Shown here in pieces: positions 1 through 8,048 of a DNA stretch of 64,000 nt; positions within the stretch are counted from its first letter, which is position 1; each line of letters begins with the position of its first letter. The translations under genes and the position numbers were made by a program. The notes beneath the pieces were generated by a model that made no database searches, had not been told where the DNA came from, and saw only the letters and a list, made by a program, of their open reading frames with translations. This DNA is from an uncultured Micrococcaceae bacterium (GTDB taxonomy: Bacteria > Actinomycetota > Actinomycetes > Actinomycetales > Micrococcaceae). The stretch spans positions 54,622-118,621 of the forward strand of contig CANNAD010000003.1 in NCBI GenBank assembly GCA_947502645.1, in the 5' to 3' direction.

Positions 1-1303
1 TTATGGTTCGTTCCGAACCAGCCAGTTCGAAAGCCAGCTCCTTCACCTGCTCCCCCGTGACCTGCCGGATCCGCTCCAGTGCAGCATCTACATCGACGAA
101 TTCGCCGGTCACCAGTTCCGCCCGGCCCAGGCGCGACATCCGCGACCCGGTATCTTCAAGAGCCAGGACGATTCCGCCCGAAAGTTGGCCAACGGCCTTG
201 GCGAGTTCGACGTCGGTAATACCCTCGGCTGCGAGTCGATCCAACTCCGAGCCCATCAGGTCGATGACCTCTCGGGTTCTGGCCGGTGAACATCCGGCAT
301 ACATTCCGAAATAGCCCGCGTCAGCGTACGCTGCCGAGAACGAATAAGTTGCATACGCCAGCCCACGCTTCTCCCGGACTTCCTGAAAAAGTCGAGAGGA
401 CATGCCTCCGCCGAGCACGGCGTTCAGGACACTCATAACGTAGCGCCGCTCATCAGTGGCCGTGATGGAAGGGCAACCCATCACGATATTCGCCTGCTCC
501 ACGGAACGATGATGGACGTGAAGACCCGGGTTTCCAGCAATATTGGCAACAGAAGCGGACCGGCGCGCTGCTGGCTCCCCCTGGGGACTCAGTGACCAGC
601 CGCCACGGTTTACAGCCTCCAGAACAAGCTGGCACACGACGCCGTGGTCAAGCCCGCCTGCCGCTGTGACAACGAGTTCCGCAGGCCGATAGTGACGCTC
701 ATAGTGCTCGTGAACCGATGCGCGCGGCACGCCCTGAATTGCCTCTGGAGTTCCACCGATTGGCCGCGCCAGCGCGTGACCAGCCAGGACAGACTCAACA
801 AACTTCTCGTGCGCTACCTCAGCAGGGTCATCGTTGTCCATGGCAATTTCTTCCAGGATGACCGTGCGCTCCTGCTCGAGCTCAGCAGGATCAAGGACTG
901 CGCCCGTGACCATGTCCGCTATGACATCAATTGCCATCGGTAGATCGGCGTCGAGAACACGAGCGTAGTAGCAAGTACTCTCTTTCGCCGTGGCAGCGTT
1001 GGATTCACCGCCCACCTCGTCGAACGCCGAAGCTATATCCAGGGCTGTCCGACGTCGGGTTCCCTTGAAGAGCAGATGCTCAAGGAAATGCGTGGAACCG
1101 TGCTGGCCGTCGGACTCATCACGAGAACCAACACCGATCCAGAAACCTATGGTTGCTGACCGCTGATCAGGCATCGACTCGGTCAAGACCCGGATGCCCC
1201 CGGGGAGAACCGAGCGGCGCACCTGAGCGCCGCCCGGTCCCTCGGAGACAAGACTGGACCTACCGATGGCCGCTGAAGCCGGTTCCCCGGCCTCAGGGCC
1301 CAT
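1..1303 (-). CDS. M16 (pitrilysin/insulinase) family zinc metallopeptidase; the 3' end runs off the left edge of the window
   Basis: Absent from the ORF track because no stop lies inside the window. My reverse-strand translation from ATG 1303 reads MGPEAGE...GSTHFLEHLLFKGT (HxxEH inverted zinc motif) and stays open to position 1. It lies directly downstream of pnp, as pepR does in mycobacteria. Confidence 0.85.
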   Translation of the reverse strand, partial: MGPEAGEPASAAIGRSSLVSEGPGGAQVRRSVLPGGIRVLTESMPDQRSATIGFWIGVGSRDESDGQHGSTHFLEHLLFKGTRRRTALDIASAFDEVGGESNAATAKESTCYYARVLDADLPMAIDVIADMVTGAVLDPAELEQERTVILEEIAMDNDDPAEVAHEKFVESVLAGHALARPIGGTPEAIQGVPRASVHEHYERHYRPAELVVTAAGGLDHGVVCQLVLEAVNRGGWSLSPQGEPAARRSASVANIAGNPGLHVHHRSVEQANIVMGCPSITATDERRYVMSVLNAVLGGGMSSRLFQEVREKRGLAYATYSFSAAYADAGYFGMYAGCSPARTREVIDLMGSELDRLAAEGITDVELAKAVGQLSGGIVLALEDTGSRMSRLGRAELVTGEFVDVDAALERIRQVTGEQVKELAFELAGSERTI

Positions 1304-1331
1304 CAGCGGTAGTGGAACAGCTGCTGCCGAA

Positions 1332-3554
1332 TTATTCGGCAACCGCGGTCTCATCTGCGGACTCGGCCGCGTCCTCTTCAACAACCGGCGACAGCGAGAG
1401 CTTGCCGCGGTCGTCGATCTTGGTGATCTCGACCTGGACCTTCTGGCCGATGCTGACGACGTCGTCGACGTTGTCTACGCGCTTGCCGTTAGCCAGCTTG
1501 CGCAGCTCGGAGATGTGCAGAAGGCCGTCCTTGCCCGGCGTCAGCGACACAAACGCACCAAACGCGGTGGTCTTGACGACGGTACCGAGGTAACGCTCGC
1601 CGATTTCCGGGATCTGCGGGTTGGCAATCGCGTTGACAGCTGCGCGTGCGGCTTCAGCTGCGGTGCCATCGGTTGCGCCGATGAGAACAGTGCCATCGTC
1701 CTCGATCGAGATATCAGCGCCGGTGTCCTCCTGGATCTGGTTGATCATCTTGCCCTTGGGGCCGATGACCTCGCCGATCTTGTCCACGGGGATCTTGACC
1801 GAGATGATCCGGGGGGCGAACTCCGACATTTCGTCAGGCGCATCAATGGCTGCCTGAAGAACGCCGAGGATGTGCAGACGTGCTTCGCGTGCCTGCTTGA
1901 GCGCTGCAGCGAGGACAGATGCAGGAATGCCGTCGAGTTTGGTGTCCAGCTGGATGGCTGTAACGAACTCGGACGTACCGGCAACCTTGAAGTCCATGTC
2001 GCCAAAGGCGTCTTCGGCGCCGAGGATGTCGGTCAGTGCCGCGTAGCGGGTCTGACCATCCACCTCATCCGAGACCAGGCCCATGGCGATTCCGGCTACG
2101 GGAGCCTTCAGCGGTACACCGGCGTTGAGCAGCGACAGCGTCGACGCGCAAACCGAACCCATGGACGTGGAACCATTCGAGCTGAGAGCCTCAGATACCT
2201 GACGGATGGCGTAAGGGAATTCCTCGCGCGACGGCAGGACCGGCATCAAGGCGCGCTCAGCGAGGGCGCCATGGCCGATTTCACGGCGCTTCGGGGAACC
2301 AACCCGACCGGTCTCACCAGTGGAGTACGGCGGGAAGTTGTAGTTGTGCATGTAGCGCTTGCGCGTTACAGGCGAGAGCGAATCAATCTGCTGCTCCATC
2401 TTGAGCATGTTGAGCGTGGTCACACCCAGGATCTGGGTTTCGCCGCGCTCGAAGATTGCCGAACCGTGGACGCGAGGAAGAACCTCAACCTCAGCAGTCA
2501 GCTGACGGATATCTGACAGACCACGGCCGTCGATACGGACCTGATCCCGGAGGATGCGCTGACGGACAACCTTCTTGGTGAGGCTGGCGAAGGCGCCGGA
2601 GATTTCCTTCTCGCGACCTTCGAAGCGGGAAGCGAGCTCAGCCTGGATCTCTGCACGGTAGGCGCTTGCTGCGACGTCGCGGTCCTGCTTGTCAGCGATG
2701 GTGAAGATCTCGGAGAGTTTTGTTGCAGCTGCCGACTCCACGGCCTCGAAGACGTCGTCCTCGTAGTCGCGGAAAATGGGGAACTCAACGGTGGGCTTCG
2801 CGGCACGGGCTGCGAGGTCCGACTGGGCATCGCACAGGGTGCGGATGAACGGCTTGGCCGCTTCCAGACCCTCGGCGACAACCTCTTCGGTGGGGGCAGT
2901 TGCGCCCTGTTCGCGGATGAGGTTCCAGGCGTTGTCCGTTGCCTCGGCTTCGACCATCATGATGGCAACATCGTCACCAGCCACGCGGCCAGCTACAACC
3001 ATGCTGAAGACAGCGTTTTCCAGCTCGGAGTGGGTGGGGAAAGCGACCCACTGGTTTTCGATCAGTGCAACGCGGACGCCGCCGATCGGGCCGGAGAACG
3101 GAAGGCCGGAGAGCTGCGTTGACATCGAGGACGCGTTGATAGCGACGACATCGTAGAGAACATCCGGGTTGATCGCCATCACGGTCACGACGATCTGAAC
3201 CTCGTTGCGCAGTCCCTTGACGAATGCAGGGCGCAGCGGGCGGTCCATAAGGCGGCACGCGAGAATTGCTTCCGTGGAGGGGCGTCCCTCACGGCGGAAG
3301 AATGAGCCCGGGATACGACCAGCGGCATACATACGCTCTTCGACATCAACCGTCAGCGGGAAGAAGTCGAAGCCCTCGCGCGGGGACTTGCCAGCGCTTG
3401 TGGCCGACAGGAGCGCGGTGTCCTCGTCGATGTAGACCATTGCGGAACCAGCTGCCTGCTGTGCAACGCGACCGGTTTCAAAGCGAATGACGCGCTTGCC
3501 GTAGCGGCCGTTATCAATGACGGCTTCGGCGAATTGAATTTCGGGACCCTCCAT
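1332..3554 (-). CDS. pnp: polynucleotide phosphorylase / polyribonucleotide nucleotidyltransferase
   Basis: 740 aa ORF with two RNase PH-like halves plus C-terminal KH and S1 regions (…[22 protein letters not shown]… and …[20 protein letters not shown]…). Classic rpsO-pnp context. Confidence 0.97.
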   Translation of the reverse strand: MEGPEIQFAEAVIDNGRYGKRVIRFETGRVAQQAAGSAMVYIDEDTALLSATSAGKSPREGFDFFPLTVDVEERMYAAGRIPGSFFRREGRPSTEAILACRLMDRPLRPAFVKGLRNEVQIVVTVMAINPDVLYDVVAINASSMSTQLSGLPFSGPIGGVRVALIENQWVAFPTHSELENAVFSMVVAGRVAGDDVAIMMVEAEATDNAWNLIREQGATAPTEEVVAEGLEAAKPFIRTLCDAQSDLAARAAKPTVEFPIFRDYEDDVFEAVESAAATKLSEIFTIADKQDRDVAASAYRAEIQAELASRFEGREKEISGAFASLTKKVVRQRILRDQVRIDGRGLSDIRQLTAEVEVLPRVHGSAIFERGETQILGVTTLNMLKMEQQIDSLSPVTRKRYMHNYNFPPYSTGETGRVGSPKRREIGHGALAERALMPVLPSREEFPYAIRQVSEALSSNGSTSMGSVCASTLSLLNAGVPLKAPVAGIAMGLVSDEVDGQTRYAALTDILGAEDAFGDMDFKVAGTSEFVTAIQLDTKLDGIPASVLAAALKQAREARLHILGVLQAAIDAPDEMSEFAPRIISVKIPVDKIGEVIGPKGKMINQIQEDTGADISIEDDGTVLIGATDGTAAEAARAAVNAIANPQIPEIGERYLGTVVKTTAFGAFVSLTPGKDGLLHISELRKLANGKRVDNVDDVVSIGQKVQVEITKIDDRGKLSLSPVVEEDAAESADETAVAE

Positions 3555-3829
3555 AGAGAGTCACCTCCGTTTCTGTGTAACGGAGACAGCCTGCATAACC
3601 CAGATGCGGAACCTTTGTCCGACCTGTTGTACACCCGGTCTTCGATCGAGATTCTCGGGAAGGGACTTCCCGAAAACCACTACCGAGGACCGCGAATGTA
3701 TCACGCTGGCTGACTCCTGCTTTTTGTACTAAATCAGGTGATATTCAGTTCTACGGCGGCACATCAGAGCCGCCCCATGTGGACTGAAGGCGGCACCTCC
3801 ACCATATGGAGGCACCGCCTGTGGTCCAG
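3555..3829 (-). promoter_or_regulatory. rpsO-pnp intergenic leader (275 nt) with several hairpins; candidate Actino-pnp-type cis-regulatory RNA
   Basis: No ORF. Minus-strand hairpins at 3788-3820, 3755-3775 (GGCGGC/GCCGCC), CGGGAAG/CTTCCCG near 3655-3672, and 3565-3585. The 3' arm of the last one overlaps the pnp Shine-Dalgarno GGAGGTG (3562-3568). Confidence 0.45.
3788..3820 (-). terminator. hairpin 10 nt downstream of the rpsO stop (partial terminator or processing stem ahead of pnp)
   Basis: 13-position stem (11 Watson-Crick pairs around a 2-nt internal mismatch) with a 7-nt loop: aGGCGGCACCTCC accatat GGAGGCACCGCCt. Confidence 0.4.
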
Positions 3830-4099
3830 CTATCGACGCAGGCCGAGGCGCTCGATGAGCGCACGGTAGCGTGTGATGTCTGTGTTCTTCAGGTAGGTCA
3901 GCAGGCGCTTCCGGCGACCAACCATGGCCATCAGGCCACGACGGGTGTGGTGGTCATGCTTGTGCATCTTGAGGTGCTCGGTGAGCCCCTTGATACGGTG
4001 CGTCAGCATGGCAATCTGAACCTCCGGTGACCCGGTGTCAGCTTCGCCTGTTGCGAAGTCCTTCATGATTTCCTGCTTGGTAGCGGCGTCTAATGCCAC
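3830..4099 (-). CDS. rpsO: 30S ribosomal protein S15
   Basis: 89 aa, [16 protein letters not shown]…[23 protein letters not shown], the typical S15 sequence. Located upstream of pnp. Confidence 0.97.
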   Translation of the reverse strand: MALDAATKQEIMKDFATGEADTGSPEVQIAMLTHRIKGLTEHLKMHKHDHHTRRGLMAMVGRRKRLLTYLKNTDITRYRALIERLGLRR

Positions 4100-4181
4100 A
4101 CGAACTCCTAGAGTTGTACCGCGTCAATGGTAATTTTTACCGGTCCAGCAACCGCGGACTGCAGCAGGACCAACCTCAAGG

Positions 4182-5177
4182 TTACCGGTCGGCGGACCGA
4201 TCTGTCGAAAGCACGCCTCGTGTCAATTCGACGTCGCGATGCATTTGTTCCACCAGAGCCTCGGGCCCCTCGTAGGCGACCATCCCCCTGAGCCGCTCAA
4301 CAAATTCGACGACTACTACCTGCCCATAGAGGTTGAAGTCCCCAATCTGCTCCACCGGTCTGTCAATGACATGTGCCTCGACCTGCCGGGGAACATGCTC
4401 GAACGTGGGATTGGAGCCCACAGAAATTGCCGCTGGCCAACGTTGTCCGGCGGCGTCCATCAGCCAGCCGGCATAAACGCCGTCAGCCGGAATCATGCCC
4501 GTGGTCTCCTGCGACAGGTTCGCTGTAGGAAACCCCAATTGACGGCCGCGCTCGGCGCCGTGGACGATCTCGCCGCGCACCCGGTGCGGACGGCCCAGCA
4601 CCCGTGCCGCCGTCGATACCTCACCGTTTCCAAGGGCTTCACGGACCCACGTGGAGGAGCAGCGCCGGCCCTGGTCTTCTGCCTGCGGATCCCGCGGAAG
4701 GCTCTGCCCAAAATCGTCGACAACGATGACGTCGAAGCCCAGCTGCGCTCCGAGTTCGCGCATGGTTGTCAGGTCTCCGCTGTTGTCCTTCCCAAAACGG
4801 ATGTCGTGGCCTATGACCACGGCCCTGGCCCCGAGGCCGTCCACAAAAACCTTCCGTACAAACTGTTCGGCTGTATTTTCGGCCAGTTCCAGGTTGTACC
4901 GCATCATGAGCAGAGCATCGATCCCGGTTTCAGCCAGAGCCGCGACCCGGCCGGGCAGCCCCATAATCAGTTCGGGAGCCGCATCCGGGCGGTGAACCTG
5001 CGCTGGGTGGGGGTCAAAGGATATGACGACGGCGGCCGCGTCCAGGCGTGCGCCCTCGCTGACCAGCCGTTTCAGAACTTGCTGGTGCCCTCTGTGCACG
5101 CCGTCGAAGTTGCCGACAGTCACCACGGACGGTCCGAACCCCGCCGGGATTTCGTCTAGGTCGTTCCAGTAATACAC
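4182..5177 (-). CDS. ribF: bifunctional riboflavin kinase / FAD synthetase
   Basis: 331 aa with N-terminal VVTVGNFDGVHRGHQ nucleotidyltransferase motif and a C-terminal riboflavin kinase region (…GFPTANL…). Confidence 0.93.
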   Translation of the reverse strand: MYYWNDLDEIPAGFGPSVVTVGNFDGVHRGHQQVLKRLVSEGARLDAAAVVISFDPHPAQVHRPDAAPELIMGLPGRVAALAETGIDALLMMRYNLELAENTAEQFVRKVFVDGLGARAVVIGHDIRFGKDNSGDLTTMRELGAQLGFDVIVVDDFGQSLPRDPQAEDQGRRCSSTWVREALGNGEVSTAARVLGRPHRVRGEIVHGAERGRQLGFPTANLSQETTGMIPADGVYAGWLMDAAGQRWPAAISVGSNPTFEHVPRQVEAHVIDRPVEQIGDFNLYGQVVVVEFVERLRGMVAYEGPEALVEQMHRDVELTRGVLSTDRSADR

Positions 5178-5226
5178 GCGGCTCCCGAGAGGAATAGTAA
5201 AGAATGTTGATGCTGAAGGTTTGGCG

Positions 5227-5697
5227 CTACCGCTCTTGCGTGTACTGCCGTCTGATCTCTCCAGTTTTCACGATGTAGGCGTGCCAGACCAGCAGCGCAG
5301 CCGGGAACGCCAGCTCGATGACCATGAGGATGATCAGGGTGAAATGCGGGGTTCCGGAAAATGCCCAGGAAAGGACACGTCCAATACCACCGGCGAAAAT
5401 CATCAGACAGACGAGCCACAGCATGTTCGACCACTGGAACTTGACGGCGATCGTGACAAAAGCGGCGCCGACACCAATCATCATCGCTGCGAAGAAACGG
5501 TACTGGCTTTCCAGGGTGGGGTTGACAGCATCGGGTGACGATTCCGGCAGGCCGGCCGTACCCGTGACGAGGAAATACGTACCGAATCCGATGACGATGA
5601 TTCCGACCGCGATGACAACAGTCCTGAAGACGCTCCAATCGCTGCGGCCGCCGTTCTGTTTCGAGGCCTTGCTCTTGGTCGGTGATGAATCCTTCAT
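5227..5697 (-). CDS. small polytopic membrane protein (possibly DUF4345-like)
   Basis: 156 aa with four hydrophobic segments. Its ATG overlaps the upstream stop (ATGA at 5694-5697). The family call is from memory only. Confidence 0.5.
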   Translation of the reverse strand: MKDSSPTKSKASKQNGGRSDWSVFRTVVIAVGIIVIGFGTYFLVTGTAGLPESSPDAVNPTLESQYRFFAAMMIGVGAAFVTIAVKFQWSNMLWLVCLMIFAGGIGRVLSWAFSGTPHFTLIILMVIELAFPAALLVWHAYIVKTGEIRRQYTQER

Positions 5698-6167
5698 CGT
5701 GTTCTCCTCGGCTCGACATCTATAGTCATCCTATCGAGCGCGGAGGGCCGATGCCGGTATAGCCACCACAAGCCCAATATGGGCAGAACGAGGGGCACAA
5801 ATCCGTAGCCCTGCCCGAAGGCTGACCACACGGTGTCGTTGGGGAATACCTGGGCGTCGAAGATGCTGAACGCGCCAACGGCGAGCACACCTATCAGCTC
5901 CACGAGCACCGCAACGACGGATACCCGGTATGCAGTACCCCCCGGTCGCGCGAGCGATACGGTGGCAACAATGTAGACCACGGCCGCGAAAGCCGAGAGA
6001 AGGTATGCCACGGGTGCTTCGCCGAACTTGGTGAGGATCTGATACGAGGCACGGGCGGTCGAGGAAACGGCAAAGATACCGTAGACGGCGATGAGCAGCC
6101 GTCCGGGTCCGGAGGTGCGGTCCCGTCCTTCAGCGGCTTCCGGCGGCCTTGGGGATGTCAGACTCAT
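5694..6167 (-). CDS. small polytopic membrane protein, unknown function
   Basis: The ORF-track entry 5694-6338 is shortened to ATG 6167 (MSLTSPRPPE…), which overlaps the upstream stop as ATGA (6164-6167). About four TM segments. Confidence 0.5.
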   Translation of the reverse strand: MSLTSPRPPEAAEGRDRTSGPGRLLIAVYGIFAVSSTARASYQILTKFGEAPVAYLLSAFAAVVYIVATVSLARPGGTAYRVSVVAVLVELIGVLAVGAFSIFDAQVFPNDTVWSAFGQGYGFVPLVLPILGLWWLYRHRPSALDRMTIDVEPRRTR

Positions 6168-6538
6168 AGACCTGCCACCCCGTCCCAGATCTGCTCCATT
6201 CGAAACAGCATCACCAGGATCGTGATGCCGACGGCGCCGAGAACAATATTGCTCCAACGGGAGCGCTCGAGGATGGCCCACCAGAACGCACCGATCGGCA
6301 CCAGCAGGGCCGTCAGGAAGTAGCCCCAGAACTCCCACGGCTCCCCCAGCACGGGCTCGCCGCTCAGCTGGCGGACGACCGCCGCTATGGCATAGACGAC
6401 GAGAAACAGCTCGACGACGGCTACCGAAATGATGGTGATGTCATTCGGCGGCTGCCGAAGAATTGCCGCGCCAACGCAGATCAGCATGGACAGCAGACAA
6501 ATGATGGCACCAGCCAGAAAGAAGCCGTCGACTATCAC
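6164..6538 (-). CDS. small polytopic membrane protein, unknown function
   Basis: 124 aa with four hydrophobic segments. Its GTG start at 6538 overlaps the truB TGA (GTGA, 6535-6538). Confidence 0.5.
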   Translation of the reverse strand: MIVDGFFLAGAIICLLSMLICVGAAILRQPPNDITIISVAVVELFLVVYAIAAVVRQLSGEPVLGEPWEFWGYFLTALLVPIGAFWWAILERSRWSNIVLGAVGITILVMLFRMEQIWDGVAGL

Positions 6539-7455
6539 CGTGATGACCCGCCGTCGTCCGCCGAGAACACCAGGAGAGGCTTGGCTGACTCATCGCGATC
6601 CTCCAGTAGCGCCATCAATCGACCATCCGGAGCGAAAGCCGCGGTTGGTCCGGTCGTGGGCGAGCCGACAGCGGAGATTCGTCTGCCAAAAGACAGATCC
6701 ACGGCTTCCTTTTCTGTCAGCTCCCGGGCAGGGAAGAGTGCGCGAGCGGCGTCATCAAGTGCGAGGACGTTCAGATTGTTTGCGAGCTCTTCGAGCGTGG
6801 AGGCGTCCTCGAGCGCGTAGGGCCCCACCCGTGTTCGGCGCAGGGCAGTCAGGTGTCCGCCAACCCCGAGTGCGTCACCGAGGTCGCGGGCAAGGGCACG
6901 AATATAGGTTCCTGAGCTGCAGTCCACGGTGACGTCGACATCCACGAGCTGTCCACCGCGGATTCGACGTACATCGTGGACGTCGAACCGGTGCACAGTA
7001 ATCGGACGGGCAGGCAGTTCGACATTCTCGCCGGACCGCACGCGTGCGTAGGAACGCTCACCGTTGATCTTGATGGCGCTGACGCTGCTGGGCGCCTGCA
7101 TGATCTCACCGGTCAGTGCGCGAACCTGTTCCCGGATGCCCTCCTCCGTGACAGCCGCGGCGATGTGCTCCGTCAGGATTTCACCCTCTGCGTCATCCGT
7201 CCGTGTTGACTGCCCCAGGCGGATAGTCCCGTCATACGTCTTCGACGTGCCCACAATGTAGGTGAGCAGCCGGGTAGCCTTGTTGATTCCCACGACAAGG
7301 ACTCCCGTGGCCATGGGGTCCAGGGTTCCGGCATGACCTACTTTGCGCGTGCCGGCCAGCCTCCGCATGCGCCCGACGACGTCGTGACTCGTCCAGCCCT
7401 GCGGCTTATCCACGATAATGAGCCCGGACGGGCCGACCTGCGTTGTGCTTTTCAC
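6535..7455 (-). CDS. truB: tRNA pseudouridine(55) synthase
   Basis: …GLIIVDKPQGWTSHDVVGRMRRLAGTRKVGHAGTLDPMATGVLVVG… contains the catalytic Asp motif. The longest ORF reaches 7566 but would overlap rbfA by about 100 nt. GTG 7455 lies 8 nt past the rbfA stop and gives 306 aa. The start is uncertain. Confidence 0.88.
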   Translation of the reverse strand: MKSTTQVGPSGLIIVDKPQGWTSHDVVGRMRRLAGTRKVGHAGTLDPMATGVLVVGINKATRLLTYIVGTSKTYDGTIRLGQSTRTDDAEGEILTEHIAAAVTEEGIREQVRALTGEIMQAPSSVSAIKINGERSYARVRSGENVELPARPITVHRFDVHDVRRIRGGQLVDVDVTVDCSSGTYIRALARDLGDALGVGGHLTALRRTRVGPYALEDASTLEELANNLNVLALDDAARALFPARELTEKEAVDLSFGRRISAVGSPTTGPTAAFAPDGRLMALLEDRDESAKPLLVFSADDGGSSR

Positions 7456-7462
7456 TGCTGGC

Positions 7463-7957
7463 CTAGTGCTGGTTTTCTGAGCCGTCAGGACGGTTGGTTC
7501 CGTCCGATCCCTGCTCGGGGTCTTCGTCGCTGTCCTCCGCGTCCTCCGTGCGGTAGGGATCTGCATCCCCTGCGAACGTCGCGCCCTGCGCCAACGCCGC
7601 TACTTCGGCGTCGCGTTCCTTGGCCGCCCGGAGAAGGTCCTCCAGATGGCCCGCGTTGACCGGAATCTCGTCGGGGACAAATTCCAGCGTGGGGGTGAGC
7701 CTCACGGTGAGGTTGCGGCCAACCTCCTTGCGGAGGACACCCTTTGCTGATTCGAGGGCTTTCCGGGTTTCCGCTACCTGTTCGCTGTCGCCCAGAACAG
7801 TGTAGTAAAGCGTGGCGTGCTGAAGGTCGTTAGTCACTCTGGCGTCCGTGATCGTGATCGCCTCGATGCGTGGATCCTTGACGCGACGGCGCAGCGCCTC
7901 CGCGACGACCACTTTGATTCGCTGCGCAAGCCGTGCTGCGCGTGCCGGATCTGCCAT
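7463..7957 (-). CDS. rbfA: ribosome-binding factor A
   Basis: 164 aa, MADPARAARLAQRIKVVVAEAL…PRIEAITITDARVTNDLQHATLYY, with an acidic C-terminal tail. infB-rbfA-truB context. Confidence 0.93.
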   Translation of the reverse strand: MADPARAARLAQRIKVVVAEALRRRVKDPRIEAITITDARVTNDLQHATLYYTVLGDSEQVAETRKALESAKGVLRKEVGRNLTVRLTPTLEFVPDEIPVNAGHLEDLLRAAKERDAEVAALAQGATFAGDADPYRTEDAEDSDEDPEQGSDGTNRPDGSENQH

Positions 7958-8001
7958 AACCGCTCCTTAGGGTCTGCAGGCAATTGAATTGCTGACATGT
8001 C

Positions 8002-8040
8002 GGTGAAGGGGCGGACGGGAAGTCCGTCCGCCCCTTCACC
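8002..8040 (-). terminator. 17-bp perfect GC-rich hairpin between infB and rbfA (attenuator or stabiliser; no U-tract)
   Basis: GGTGAAGGGGCGGACGG gaagt CCGTCCGCCCCTTCACC, lying 9 nt downstream of the infB stop. Confidence 0.4.
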
Positions 8041-8048
8041 TCGACAAA

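Noticed and set aside
1266-2516. 416-aa plus-strand ORF antisense to pnp
   Set aside because: It lies entirely inside the well-supported pnp gene on the opposite strand. Its composition is Arg/Gly/Asp/Leu-rich with no recognisable motif. This is the typical long antisense ORF of a high-GC genome.
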